Shown: positions 25,483 through 38,805, counted from the first letter of the stretch. The stretch: 64,000 bases of DNA from Malacoraja senta (GCA_038087875.1 CM075979.1:14446001-14510000); one strand, 5' to 3'. The notes: generated by a model from the letters alone, not told the origin. Numbers and translations are program-made.

Positions 25483-26520
25483 CAAGATTCAAGATTCAAG
25501 ATTCAAGAGAGTTTATTGTCATGTGTCCCTGATAGGACAATGAAATTCTTGCTTTGCTTCAGCACAACAGAACACAGTAGGCATGACTACAGAACAGATC
25601 AGTGTGTCCATATACCATTATATAAATATATACACACATGAATAAATACACTGATAAAGTGCAAATAAACAGATAATGGGCTATTAATGTTCAGTTTTAT
25701 CCGAGCCAAGTTTACTAGTCTGATGGCTGTGGAGAAGTAGCTATTCCTGAACCTGGTTGTTGCAGTCTTCGGGCTCCTGTACCTTCTACCTGAAGGTAGC
25801 GGGGGGATGAGTGTGTGGCCAGGATGGTGTGGGTCCTTGATGATACTGACAGCCTTTTTGAGGCACCGACTGCGATAGATCCCCTCGATGGAAGGGAGGT
25901 CAGAGCCGATGATGGACTGGGCAATGTTTATCACTTTTTATAGTCTTTTCCACTCCAGGGCGCTCAAGTTGCCGAACCAAGCCACGATGCAACCGGTCAG
26001 CATGCTCTCTACTGTGCACCTGTAGAAGTTAGAGAGAGTCCTCCTTGGCAAACCGACTCTCCGTAATGTTCTCAGGATGTAGAGGCGCTGATGTGCTTTC
26101 TTAATAATGGCATCATTGTTCTCGGACCAGGAAAGATCTTCAGAGATGTGCATGCCCAGGAATTTGAAGTTCTTGACCCTTTCAACCATTGACCCGTTGA
26201 TATAGACTGGACTGTGGGTCCCCATCCTACCCCTTCCAAAGTCCACAATCAGTTCCTTGGTTTTGCTGGTGTTGAGGGCCAGGTTATTGTGCTGGCACCA
26301 TATGGACAGTCGCTCAATCTCTCTTCTATTCTCTGACTCATCCCCGTCAGTGATATGTCCCACAACAGTGGTGTCGTCAGCGAACTTGATGATGGAGTTC
26401 GCACTATGACCGACTACGCAGTCATGAGTATAGAGTGAGTACAGCAGGGGGCTGAGCACGCAGCCTTGAGGTGCTCCCGTGCTGATTGTTATCGAGGCTG
26501 ACACATTTCCACCAATACAA
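25483..26520 (-). mobile_element. Rex1/Babar-like LINE, 5'-truncated RT C-terminus
   Basis: ORF 25938-26504 [20 protein letters not shown]...KFADDTTVVG; (tcttgaa)n tail. Confidence 0.9.
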
Positions 26521-28289
26521 ACAAAACCTGCAAAACCAATTCACTCCAGAATGAAACCCAAGATTCAGTTTTACATTGTCTGCTGCTGAAACTGTAATGA
26601 ATACTTACAATTTTTGTATTTATTTTCAGTGACACGTTATGAGAATCATTTTTCACAAAACAATTAAGAAAATGTGATGAACATCCTATTTATGTTTACA
26701 ATGTATGACACAGTGTTGCAATGTGATGTTGCTAAGCAACGTTATATTAAGCTCATTTGACATAATTGTAACATTTGTAACTGGGATCTCCAATTATTTT
26801 GAAGTGCCTGTTTTTTTTCTTTCTGGACTGTGAGCCATCAATGGTAATTGAGTCGTGTATGATTGTAAGACTTCTGAAGCATATGAGTATGCCCAATCTT
26901 TAGCACGTGTTTTGGTTAAAAAGAGTTAAATCTTTGTTCTTTAGCAACACATTCTCAACGCATACGGCAGGTTAGCTCATCAGATTTATTTTGTTGCCAC
27001 ACAGTGCTCCTGTATATGATTATACTGATGATGAATAGATTAATAACACAAGATCAGAAATTGCATATTACCTATATTTAGTGCACAGCAGATGTCGTTT
27101 TTAGCCTTTGCCAGGGCTCCCATGAAAACCATATAAATAGGATAATTTACCTTTAAACTATCAGTATAATTAAAAAATTTGCAGTTTTTTACTGATTGTT
27201 ATGTTAAAACATTATCTCACAGTTTGCAATGGCAATTGGTTGCAAAGATCACAGTTGCTGCTTCTTTGGAAAATATGGGAAGTAGATCACAGCCTTGCAA
27301 AACCCTTTTCTTAGCTCCTATTAGACCATAATACATAGGAGCAGAATCAGGCCATTTTGCCCATCAGGGTTACACCGCCATTCCAATCGTGGCTGATCGA
27401 TCTTTCCCTCTCAACCCCATTCTTCTCCCATCTCTCTGTAACCTTCGATGCCCTTACTAATCAAGAACCTATCAATCTGCTTTAAGAATGCCGAATGTCT
27501 TGGGCTCCACAGACATCTGTGGCAGTGAATTCATATCCACATGAATTAAACTATGCAGGGTATTAAAAGGCTGCCACTGAGGTAAGGAAAAATAAGGGCA
27601 AAGTATCTTCAGTGTATTGCGTAGTCATACTACTCCATCTCCTCGCAGGTTGAATCCCATGTCACGAGAGACCACATCTCACTATGACGCAAGGCCCAAC
27701 TCTCCTGTCCATGACTTGGAGACAGTACAAGAAGAATTGTGAGACCCAGCAATGATGTTACAAGACTCACGATGTTTGAAAACGTAGGCAAGGACTTGCA
27801 GCAACAACACATCAATATCCCACTGGAAACCCTTTAATTCACATATCCTTGCCAACCTGCTGTGAGCTTTTATCCTGGTTTTACTGAGAGTTATAGATGC
27901 AGATCATGTTGATCATTATTGCTGGAAATTTAGCGACAATTTCTGTGATTAAAATAGAATGAATTTCATGCAAGTGATGATGTAATCACAAGCTTGAAAG
28001 ACTTAATGACAATGGGGGAATTATGCCAATGTGAATAGCACCCAGAGGTACATGATTCAGTGTTGTGATATAGAATATAGAACAGTATAGAGCTGGAACA
28101 GGTCATTTGGTCCCCGATGTCTATGCTAGCCATGATATCAAAATATTATTCTATGTTATATCTTGCCAGCCTGTAGATGATCCATATCCCACCAATTCAT
28201 GCATGTTCATGTGCTTGTCTCAATGCTTCTTAAATGTCAACATTCTGCAAACTGGAATGTTCACTGGAAATGATCATTAGTATGTTGAA

Positions 28290-28548
28290 TGTGCAGGAAG
28301 GAAGTGCAGATGCTGGTTTAAATCGAAGATAGACATAAAAAGCTGGAGTACCTCAGTGGGTCAGACAGCATCTCTGTAAAAAATGAGAGAAACATTGGCT
28401 GGTTCTGTGGTCGAGGAAGAAACAGAGGGCTTTAAGGCCTTCCTGGTGGGGGATGGAGGTGTAGAGTGACTGTCTCAACCTGAAACGTCACCAATTCCTT
28501 TTCTCCTGAGATGATCTGCTGAGTTCTACAGCTTTTTCTGTCTATTTT
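28290..28548. mobile_element. Fold-back PLE-derived element, degraded
   Basis: Minus terminal repeat at 28290-28378 and plus arm at 28470-28548. Confidence 0.6.
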
Positions 28549-29324
28549 CATTTTTCTGTTGGTCCGCACAATAATGGTTTATAATGCATATTTAGAGCGA
28601 ATAGATCCAAGAGGCATTCATTTATAAATCCATTCATTCCTTCTTTCACTGTTTGTGACTTAGCTCCCTATCTCATTGACAACCTCTGATTAGTTTGTCA
28701 TCACTACTTCCTTCTGAGCACTACATCTACTCCAGCTTCCTCATCTTTGCCCTTCCCATCCAATATTGCCCCACAGATTTCCCCCAAAATATAATAAACC
28801 TTCCTCATTCCTCTCCTTCTCCTGCGAACATGTCCGTTTGCCAGCCATAATCTCACCACATACAAGCACGTTCTGGTTCCAACTGAAATCTACTCCACCA
28901 TAGTCTTTCCTGAATCTATCCTGGCTATCCCACCCACTGTCCAATCTGCCATGATGCATTTGTTCAGGAGCGTAGGTCCTGTAAAAGTCAAGCAACAATT
29001 TATGTGCCCACCGGCTTTTTGTTGTAACTTTCCTTTGCACGAGAAAGGTAGTTCTCTCTTGAACTTGCATTAATGATATCATTAATATTGCAATGGCCGT
29101 TTAAACCCTCCAGTGTGATTTTTCAATTTCTGTGGTCGAATAAACAATGCAGAAAGCAATTGGCTTTAACCAATGCTGTTTCCTCTGACACCACACTATT
29201 TAAGGACCAAGGAATAACCTTTCCAGCCCTTTGCAGCTTCATTGATTACTCTTTAAACTGAGGCTTCCTTGTACCTTTAACGATAATCCAGTAATCAAAA
29301 CTGACTTGTGTATATATATATAAG

Positions 29325-29445
29325 TATACGGAGGAATTGCAAATGTTAATTTATATCGAAGATAGACAAAGTACTTCAGTGGGTCAGGCACCATCTCTGG
29401 AGAAAAAGGATGGGTGACGTTTCTGGTTGGACCCCTTCCTCAGAT
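29325..29445 (-). mobile_element. PLE terminal-repeat fragment
   Basis: gggtgacgtttctggttggaccccttcctcag. Confidence 0.65.
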
Positions 29446-29529
29446 GTATGTACCTGTCTTCACCAACTGCCTCTCCTGATGGAAATAATACACAGAGACC
29501 TATGAGGCAATACTAATCTAATGCAAATT

Positions 29530-29660
29530 GAGAGAGAGACAGAGAGAGAGAGTGTTGGAGAGAGGTAGAGTGTTAGAGAGAGACACAGAGAGACACACAC
29601 AGAGAGAGAAAATGGAGGATGTGGGAGTGAAAGTGAGAGGGTCAGTATGTGTGAGTGAGT
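29530..29660. repeat. (GA)n-rich low-complexity tract
   Basis: Seen directly. Confidence 0.85.
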
Positions 29661-29788
29661 TATTGAGTCTGTTGGATTGAATAGCAGTAATAGAGTATGA
29701 ACTGAGCTGAATCCCAAGTGTAGATATTATGAAATACTAAATGATGAGGAGTATCCTTTAATATTTAAGTCAAGAGTCACGAGTTTAA

Positions 29789-30361
29789 AGGCTCTGTCTT
29801 ACCTGTTTGCGGTCATCGGCAGTGAAGCGCGGCTTCGCCTGTAGAGTGGACCGCACGGCAACGGCGAGAGCGCCGAGCCTATCCACGGGAGCGCCGCACG
29901 GATGCTGCGCGGGGGCCGAGTGATTCAAATACGGCTGGTCCCACGTGCTTGCGGTAAGTTTTAAAAAAGGGCGGGGCCGGCTGCGATGACGTCGGCCCGC
30001 CGCACGTGACTCACCAGCGGCGGCTGTGGCGGCGGCCGTCCTGATCGCGGCGCTGTAGCGGTGGCTGTGCCTGCGGCCGTGCCGCACACGTGCCTCACTG
30101 GCGGAGGCTGTGGCAGTGGAAGTTTGACGCACGGCGCTCGAGCCACACTGGCGGCGGCCCGTGCCGCACTCGTGCATCACTGGTGGAGGTTGTGCGGTAA
30201 GAATATAGTTTTCAACAGTGTAGGTTTTATTTTAGCACCGTGCGGTGTTGGGAACACCGCCGCACGGCCCCGGAATTGTGCGTTCTCACGAGTGCGCGGT
30301 CTATGGCGGCAGATTCTTCCCGTTTCGCCGCCAATGACCGCAGACTCGTGAGACAGGCCTT
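29789..30361. mobile_element. PIF/Harbinger-type MITE with CpG-rich interior
   Basis: TIRs aggctctgtcttac..tgcggtcatcggc / gccaatgaccgca..gtgagacaggcctt; TAA on both sides; inserted in a Rex1-like tail. Confidence 0.8.
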
Positions 30362-30932
30362 TAACTGTCATATGCACTGAAAACAAAACGATAACAATTT
30401 TACTTGCAACAGTGTAACAGTCCTATAAATACAATACATATAGATAATATATAACAAACAAGCAATCCACCAAATTAGTAACCACAATACTAGTGCAAAG
30501 AAAACTTTAAAGTCCTTCGTGCAACCAAAGACAGTTCATGGTTTACAGTTGAGGTTAGTGTTGTGTGATGATGGTTGTTTGGGAAAAAGCTATTTTTGAC
30601 CCGGATAATGATTGATTTCAGACTCCTATACCATTTTCTCGATGGTAAGAGTGAAATGAGAGTCTTTAATATTGGCTGCCTTTCTGAATCTGAATCTCCT
30701 CAATCTTCTAACAAAATAGATGCGTTGTTGGACTTTCTTTGTGTTTGAATCAATGTGCTGTGCCCAGGACAGATTTTCAGAGATATGCACACCCAGGAAC
30801 TTTAAGTTATTGATTCTCACCATCGCCAACCTGTCGATGAAGACATATTTGTGGATCCTCAGCTTTCTCCTTCTAAACTCATCAATCAGTTCTATGCTCT
30901 TGCTGACATTGGGAGCAAGATTATTGTTCTGC
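30362..30932 (-). mobile_element. Rex1-like LINE 3' fragment
   Basis: LKFLGVHISENLSW...KKVQQRIYFVRRLRRF. Confidence 0.8.
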
Positions 30933-31470
30933 CACCCTAATTTGAGGAAGGACATTCTTACTATTGAGGGAGTGCAGTGTAGGTTCACAAGGTTAATTCC
31001 CGGGATGGCAGGACTGTCATATGATGAAAGAATGGAGCAACTGGGCTTGTATTCACTGGAATTAAGAAGGATGAGAGGGAATCTTATAGAAACATATAAA
31101 ATTATTAAAGGATTGAACATGCTAGATGCAGGAAACATGTTCCCGATATTGGGGGGGGTCCAGAACCAGGGGTCACAGTTTAAGAATAAGGGGAACGCCA
31201 TTTAGATCTGAGATGAGGAAAAACCTTTTTAACCAGAGGGTTGAGAATTTGTGGAATTCTCTGCCTCAGAAGGCAGTGGAGGCCAATTCACTGGATGCAT
31301 TCAAAAGAGAGTTAGATAGAGCACTTAGGGCTAGCGGAATCAAGGGATATGGGGAGAAGGCAGGAACGGGGTACTGATTGTGGATGTTCAGCCATGATCA
31401 CATTGAATGGCGGTGCTGGCACGAAGGGCCGAAGGGCCTACTCCTGCACCTATTGTGTATGTGTCTATGT
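30933..31470 (+). mobile_element. CR1 3' end, little diverged
   Basis: PNLRKDILTIEGVQCRFTRLIPGM...NLWNSLPQKAVEA. Confidence 0.9.
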
Positions 31471-31709
31471 ATGTATTATATCTGATTTTCAATCTTCCTC
31501 CTACAGTCTCCCTCCTACACTCCGACTCATAACTCTACTTGTTATTCATCCAAAAATGGTGTTGTCATTGGCAAATAAAGTTGTGGTAGTTTATTCAGTA
31601 CTATTCACTCCTGAGATCAGCAATCTTCCTGGCAGCTTCCTGAGAGGCTGTGGCCATGGATAGTTGCTTTGGCTCCTTAACACCGAGAACATACATCCAC
31701 AGGCAATGT

Positions 31710-31888
31710 CTTCAATGGACAGACGATGTTTTGGGCCAGGACTCTTCTTCAGACTGTCTGAAGAAGGATCCTGACCCAATACATTGTCAGTCCATTTCTC
31801 TCCGCAGATGCTGCCTGATCTGCTGAGTTCCTCCGGCACATTGTTTTTATTTCTCTCTGGATTCCAGCATCTGCGGTCTCTTGTATCT
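31710..31888. mobile_element. Fold-back PLE-derived element
   Basis: cttcttcagactgtctgaagaagg junction between inverted arms. Confidence 0.7.
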
Positions 31889-32149
31889 CCGCTCCATTGA
31901 TGATCCAATGTAAGATCCTGGGAGCATGCATCCCTCTCTTGTTAACCAGTTGCATCAATGCCGCTTGTGTTTCACAAGGGACTATTATGATTTGGTTCCA
32001 GCCACATAAGATTGCAGTTACATGTCTGAGTGCTGGCAGCCGTGTGATAATGAAAGTCACGCCGACGATCCTGATAACATATTTATTCAGGGCAAAATTT
32101 GAAATGTGTGATCTTAATGGCATTCTTTAAAACAGCATTAGCTATCAGC

Positions 32150-32280
32150 CTGAAGAAGGATCTCGACCGGAAACATCACCTATCTAAGTTTTCCAGAGAT
32201 GCTGCCTGATCTGCTGAGTTATTCCAGCACTTTGTGTCCATTTGTCTATAAACCAGCATCTGCGGATCTTTGTTTCTACA
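32150..32280 (+). mobile_element. PLE terminal repeat with hammerhead motif
   Basis: ctgaagaaggatctcgaccggaaacatc. Confidence 0.75.
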
Positions 32281-32504
32281 TGACACTGTTTGAACGCTCC
32301 CAAATAAATAAAAATCTTAGATTCAAATGTTATTCTGGTTGCTTCCAGTATTTAATGGAGCACTTTTCAGTAGTGAAGCTCAATGTATGCTGCTCCAATA
32401 ACATAATACTGAGAAGCTGTGGATGTTTTCTATTGTAAGATCTGCTTTATGGAAGCTTCCAAGAACATGCATTGCATTTATGCTCTAACACGCCGGTCAA
32501 ATTA

Positions 32505-33650
32505 CCAGACTGGTGGGATAAAGGTCTGAACTACAAAATCTAGAGATCAAGGTCCTAATCTACTACGCCAGATCCAAATGTAAATTGATCTGGAATTTCT
32601 TGTCTTTTATTTAAGTCATTGCTGACCATAGGATTATCATGTTGCAGTAAAACCTATCTAGTTCACTGGAGGTACAAGGAACTGCATATGCTGGTTTTCA
32701 AAAAAGGCACAAAGTGCTGGAGTAACACAATGGATCAGGCAGCATCTCTGGAGAACTTGGATAGGTGATGAAGAAGGGTCCTGACCCGAAACATCACCTA
32801 TTCATGTCCTCCAGAGATGCTGTCAAACCCACTGAGTTAGTCCAACACTTATTGGGTTTTTTCTATCTCGTTCAATATCACAATTCAGGGAGGGAAATCT
32901 GTCAACCTCAAGGGCCTGTCCCACTAACACAACTTTTCCGCGACTGTCTTCGACCTTCAAGCTCGAGGGCACTCGCCTGAAAAACCTCGAGCTGGATCGA
33001 CCGTCAGTGATGAAACCACGAGCCGGATCGACCGACCGACACACACGCACGCACGCACGCTCACTCACTCACTCACTCACTCACTCACTCACTCACTCAC
33101 TCACTCTCTCTCAAGGTTTACTTACCTTGTTTTTCTCAATGAGCTATTACCTTCGACTACCTTCAATTACCTTTGATTGCTTTTGATTACCTACGATAGC
33201 CATTACGACCTACTACGACCTACTACGACCTACTATGACCTACTTCGACTAAACTTACGAGTAAAAGAATATCGATTTTTAGCCATGGCGACCTTTTTTT
33301 ACTCGTGGGCATTTTTCAGCTTGCTGGAAAAAACGGCGCAACCTAGCTGAGGCCTTGAGCACACGGGGACTACTCTCGAGGATGAAGGAGAGTTACAAAG
33401 ACCTCCTAGGACCACTTGTCGACCATGCTGCGAGTATGAGTCGAGGGCAAACTCTTCTAAACTCACAGATTAGGTCCCCGCAGTGGGACAGGCCCTTTAC
33501 CTGATTGAACTTATTTTGTGACTCTGCATTCACTATTGTAGCTGACTTTTAAAGTACTTACTGAAATGCCATCACAAGCCACTCTGATCAAGTTAGGGAT
33601 GAGTGCCAAATGCTGGCCTTGCTAGCAATGTCCAGATCCCAAAAAGTAAG
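32505..33650 (+). mobile_element. Old SINE-like repeat hosting a fold-back PLE element (32672-32850) and a MITE
   Basis: Host sequence resumes across both insertions and ends in ttagggatgagtgccaaatgctggccttgctagc; family not confidently named. Confidence 0.45.
32911..33496. mobile_element. PIF/Harbinger-type MITE with (ACTC)n and (ACGACCT)n inner repeats
   Basis: agggcctgtcccact / agtgggacaggccct; TSD tca/tta. Confidence 0.85.
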
Positions 33651-34136
33651 TAAAAACAACAAAATCGCATTTTATCAGCTCGAGTTCAATCGCTGGAGTA
33701 CTGCTGTATAGACACTAATTATTTCAAATGAATACCAGTGCTCATATGCAAATATTATATTATCACAATTTTTATCTTAGATAGATATTCTTATTGAATT
33801 GAATTGGATTTCTTTATTTGATATTCAATAACAAGTTTGAACAAAATGTTGTTGCGTTATGATAGAAATCTCGTTACGTTAGAAATCTGCAGTTTATACA
33901 AAGGAACAAAGACTTGCCTTCACATATAACCTTCCAGAACCTCAGCATGCTCCAAAGTGCTTTCCTGTGATTGAAGCCCTTTTGAAACATAGTCACTGCT
34001 TCAAGATGTGTTTGGATTTGCTCAATGCTATTATTCTTCGATGTATAATGCAGGCTGACATTTCGGTGTAAAAGAGAGGGAGATGTGGCACAATTGGCTG
34101 AGATTTTGCCTGAGATTTTGAATCAAGGTCTCGGTT

Positions 34137-34426
34137 AAGTTTAGAGATACAGCGTGGAAACAGGCCCTTTGGCCCACCGAGTCCGCGCCGACCAACAATC
34201 CCCGTACACTAACATTATCCTACCTACTAGGGACAATTTACAGAAGCCAATTAACCTACAAACCTGCACGTCCTTGGAGTGTGGGAGAAAACCTGAGATA
34301 CTGGAGAAAACCCACGCGATCATGGGGAGTACGTAAAACTCCATACAGACAGCACCCATAGTCAGGATCGAACCTGTGTCTCTGGCGCTGCAAAGCAGCA
34401 TCTCTACCGCTGCACCACCATGCCGC
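34137..34426 (-). mobile_element. HE1-like V-SINE
   Basis: Head, V-domain and tail on the minus strand. Confidence 0.9.
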
Positions 34427-34892
34427 ACTTACTTTCTCAGATTGGAGATCAACAGTTATTCTTTACCACAACTGAAGACATTTCTCTTTTAAGCTGTAAA
34501 ATGATATCTTGAAGAAATGAGAAGCAAGTTCTCTTGTTTTTGTTCTCCTGGTCAATGCATTCATATTTTAGATCCATGTTTTATATTGTTTTACACTCAA
34601 TTGCTTTTACTATAATTTCTGGAGCCAAACATCAGAATTTTTTAATGGTAAAGATAATATATTTGCCATAAAATCTATGCTTGATGTCTTGGAATGAACA
34701 TTTTATCAGATGGCGTTTGGTGAGTTGTTGCAGGTTCTCAGGTAATGGTGATTCAAACAAGTATTCTGAACATGGACACAAAAAGTTGCAGTGGAACGTA
34801 TAATGTAAAAATGAGAGGTTTTCTTCATTATTATCTATTTGACCTATTGGTTAAATAATGCAATCTTTAACACATGGAAAGGGAAATAATAA

Positions 34893-35130
34893 AGGACCTG
34901 TCCCACATTCACAACCTAATTCACAACCTTTTTTACTTGTGGACATTTTTCATCAGGCTAGAAAAACGCCCCGACCTACTTGATGCCAGGAGTACCTACG
35001 ACTAGCATCACGACCTACCTACGACCTACCTACGACCTACCTACGACCAACCTACGACCTCGTGACGACCATGCTGCGAGTATGAGTTATGGGCAAACTC
35101 GGCAGAGGTCGTGAAAGTGGGACAGGTGCT
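34893..35130. mobile_element. PIF/Harbinger-type MITE related to 32911-33496
   Basis: aggacctgtcccac / gtgggacaggtgct; TSD taa/tta; shares gaccatgctgcgagtatgag and acgacct repeats. Confidence 0.85.
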
Positions 35131-35639
35131 TTATTGATCATTAATCTTCAAGTTTATTGCCTTAGATTTTAGAGTAATAATGATGATCAAATTGTTATTA
35201 TTCACCATGCTCTGTAAAACTCAACAATTTGTGGACACATAAACTGCAGATGCTAGAATCTTGATCAAAAGACATAGTGCTGGTGGAACTCAACAGGTCA
35301 GGAAGCTTCTTGGGAGGGAATGGACAGATTGTATTTTGAAGCACTTTGTGTTTTGATGAACAATTTGCAGATTGTGCATGTGGAATTAAAAATTGAATTT
35401 TTTAATTTTCAGGCACTGATTTTCTTCTCTTCCATTCCTCAGCAACGTCTCCCTGAATTAATAACTGACAACAATTTCTGATGTTTCCAAATGAATAGGG
35501 AAGTTTTTAATTATGAACAGGCACAATTAGTGTTCGGCAAACATAGGCACTGAAATATTAAATTTGTGGTATCTGCATTGTAATTCCTAATAAATGTTTT
35601 AAAACATAATAACTTCAAAAATATATGTATATTTTAATT

Positions 35640-36512
35640 GTGTAGGAAGAAACTGCAGAGGTTGGTTCACACCGAAGATAGACACAACAATGCTGGAGTA
35701 AATAAGTGAAACAGGCAGCATTACGAGAGAGAAGGAATGGGTGATGATTCAGGTTGAGACCCTTCTTTGGACTGAGAGTCAGGGGAGAGAGAGTCTAGAG
35801 ATATGGAGGGGTAAGGTGTGAAAACGACAGATCAAAGCAGACGATGAAAAAGGAAATGCAGAGTTGTTCATTGTTAGCTGAGGGGAATGTGACAAGTAAA
35901 ATTAATCAGAAGGACAGTGAAACTAGTTGGAGAACTAGGGTGGGGGAGGGACGGAGAGAGAGAGGGAAAGCAAGGGTTACTTGAAGTTAGAGAAATGAAT
36001 ATTCATACCGCTGGGTTGTAAGCTGCCGAAGAGAAATATGAGATGCTGTTCCTTCAATTTGTGTTGGGCCTCACTCTGACAGTGGAGGAGGCCGAGGACA
36101 GAAAGATCAGTATGGGAATGGGAGGGGGAGTTAAAGAGTTAGCAACTGGGAGATTGCGTAGGCCTAGGCGGACTGAGCGGAAGTGTTCAGCGAAACGATC
36201 GCCCAGTCTGCGCTTGGACTTGCTGATATATAGTTCACACCTGGAACAGAGGATACAGTAGATGAGGTTGGAGGAGGTGCAAGTGAACCTTTACCTCACC
36301 TGAAAGCACTGTCAGGGTGATTGGATGGAGTCGAGGGGAAAGGTATAGAGACCAGTATTGCATTTCCTGTGGTTGCAAGGGCAAGTACCTGGGGAGGGGA
36401 TGGTTTGGGCGTGAAGTGATGAGTTAACCAGGAAGTTGCGGAGGAATCGGTCTCTGCGGAAAGTGGAAAGGGGTAGAGATGTGAAGATGAGGCTAGTGGA
36501 GGGATCCCTTTG
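35640..36512 (-). mobile_element. Penelope-like element 3' part: GIY-YIG region plus terminal repeat with hammerhead motif
   Basis: Homologous to 11039-11375 and 46800-47250, and continuous with the terminal repeat at 35640-35790; shows that the hammerhead repeat is the PLE terminal repeat. Confidence 0.88.
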
Positions 36513-37059
36513 GAACAAGAGCAGAGCTGTGGGATACCAAGGAGACCTGTGTGAGGACCTCATCTATGATGGATATTTTATGTCATTTAAACTTCTGCTA
36601 TATTCCTTGTCTTTAGGTAGTATTCTGTAAAATGTTTATAATGTTAAAGAAAAATTGGGCATTTTTTCATTCAGTTGTATTATCTGTGAGAATTCTTCAA
36701 TATGATTATCTGTTTAGCCAACTTTAATGATATCTCTGTTACTAGCCACAAAGGCCTCATTGAAACTGATGCCTAGTAGCAATTAATATCAGAAAAAAAA
36801 TGTTATCTTCATCAGGATCTTTGAGCATAATTTCCTTTTTTTTTTCTAATCACTGCTTTGCACCTGATTATGAATTCTAGGTATTTTTTAAATTGTATTC
36901 CCTTGTCCTTCATTGATATTTTGCAAATCTCTATCTCTGTCATAGAACCAACCCTGAGTGATAGCATCTGAACAATATTTGCGCAAATTTTGATCTTATG
37001 ATTCTAACTTGAAGAGCAAATGATAAAGAAGCTTGCACAAGCATTAAAGTCGTATTGTT

Positions 37060-37268
37060 AAGTCTCATTGTCTATACTCGTTTTCACCTAGGCCCCAGCT
37101 AACAATGGCCTGTTTCCTTTATCATCGTAACATTTTTGCATATCTTTCATTCATTTGTTCTATATCTCTCGACATCACCATCTAGATCTCTCGTTTCCCA
37201 TTCCCCTGACTCTCAGCCTGAAGAAGGGTCTCGTCCCGAAAAGTCACCTATTCCATTTCTCCAGAGAA
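37060..37268 (+). mobile_element. PLE terminal repeat with hammerhead motif at 37218
   Basis: cccctgactctcagcctgaagaagggtctcgtcccgaaaagtc. Confidence 0.8.
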
Positions 37269-37275
37269 ACCATAA

Positions 37276-37883
37276 AGGCCCTGTCCCACGGGCAGGCGGT
37301 TACAGGCGGTAAGCGCGGCGTAGCAGGAAGTGGGGACCGCGCGACTGCCACCGTACGGCCTGCCCCACGAGCATGCGGCAAGCGCAACCTAACCGGAAGC
37401 GGTTGCCGCGCGGAGGCCGAGTGTTTACCCTACGGCCTGTCCCACGAGCATGCGAATGCGGCGTCGGGTGATGACATCATCGCGCAACGCAACGCGCTAC
37501 GTGATGACGTCGAGACGGCTCGTGGCGTCCAGGCGGTGCTCGCGGTGTCCAGGCGGTGCTCGCGGCGTCCAGGCGGTGCTCGTGGCGTCCAGGCGGTGCT
37601 CGTGGCGTCCAGGCGGTGTTCGCGGCGTCCAGGCGGTGCTCGCGGCGAAGAGGCGTCAGCGGGGCGGCAGGCCGTTGCCGCACAAAATTTTTGGACAGTG
37701 TCAGTTTTTCTGAGCACCGCTCGGTGTCGGGACCAACTACATACGGCTCCGGCGTTCTGCGTGGGACCGACCCCACGGGCCCCGCGCGGGCCCTGCGCGG
37801 TCCCCTAGCGGTCCACGCGTGGTCCCCACTTCCTGCTACGCCACGCTTACCGCCTATAACCGCCTGCCCGTGGGACAGGGCCT
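37276..37883. mobile_element. PIF/Harbinger-type MITE with about 65-bp TIRs, inserted in a Tc1 transposase gene
   Basis: Exact TAA TSD (37273-37275, 37884-37886); long TIRs aggccctgtcccacgggcaggcggtt... Confidence 0.92.
37519..37647. repeat. 20-bp minisatellite cgyggcgtccaggcggtgct, about 6.3 copies
   Basis: Seen directly inside the MITE. Confidence 0.95.
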
Positions 37884-38805
37884 TAACATCCCCACCACAG
37901 TGTTTCACAGATGAGGTGGTATGCTTTGGATTTTGGGCAGTTCCTTCTCTCCTTCATACTTTGCTCTTGCCATCACTCTGATACAAGTTAATCTTCGTCT
38001 CATCTGTCCACAAGACCTTTTTCCAGAACTGTTGTTGCTCATTTAAGTACCTCTTGGCACTGTAACCCGGCCATCCTATTTTTGCGGCTAACCAGTGGTT
38101 TGCATCTTGCAGTGTAGCCTCTGTATTTCTGTTCATGAAGTCTCCAGCAGACTGTGGTCATTGACAAATCCACTCCTGAAGAGTGTTTCTGATCTGTCGG
38201 ACAGATGTTTGGGGATTTTTGTTTATTATAGAGAGAATTCTTTTGTCATCAGCTGTGGTCTTCCTTGGCCTGCCAGTCCCTTTGTGATTAGTAAGCTCAC
38301 CAGTGCTCTCTTTCTTCTTAATGATGTTCCAAACAGTTCATTTTGGTAAGCCTCAGGTTTGGCTGATGTCTCTAACAGTTTTATTCTTGTTTCTCAGTCT
38401 CATGATGACTTCTTTGACTTTCATTGGCACAACTTGATCCTCACGTTGATAAACAGCAATACAAGATTCCAAAGGTGATGGAAAGATTGGAGGAAAGACT
38501 AAGTGCTGAGAGCTCTCTTATACCTGCATGAAAGAGGCAATTAAACACACCTGAGCAATTACAAACACCCGTGAAGCCATGTGTCCCAAACATTATAGTG
38601 CCCTGAAATGGGGGGACTATGTATAAACACAGCTGTAATTTCTACATGGTGAAATCAAAATGCATTAAAATGGCCTTCATTAAAATCTGACAATGTGCAT
38701 TTTAACCACATGTGGGTTTTTTTCTATTACAAATCTCAAATTGTGGAGTGCAGAGGCAAATAAATAAATGATGGGTCTTTGTCCCAAACATTATGGAGGG
38801 CACTA
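37884..38805 (-). mobile_element. Tc1-family transposon 5' half, IR/DR-type TIR, disrupted transposase
   Basis: From ATG at about 38424: MKVKEVIMRL...TGRPRKTT with in-frame stops; WKKVLWTDETKINL (first catalytic D); direct repeats gtcccaaacattat at 38583 and 38781; TA at the terminus. Confidence 0.9.

Noticed and set aside
27649-27742. Possible terminal exon LNPMSRETTSHYDARPNSPVHDLETVQEEL after ctcctcgcag
   Set aside because: The peptide is unrecognised, and an acceptor-like site alone is insufficient evidence.
28741-29082. 113-aa minus-strand ORF with acceptor- and donor-like sites
   Set aside because: No recognisable domain and no supporting neighbouring exons; cannot be distinguished from chance.
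29785-30386. Ala/Arg-rich ORFs here and at 37155-37981, 45222-45726 and 53262-53673
   Set aside because: Stop-poor GC-rich interiors of non-autonomous transposons, open in several frames on both strands.
37519-37647. Regular 20-bp repeats as a CRISPR array
   Set aside because: There are no spacers; it is a head-to-tail minisatellite in a vertebrate MITE.
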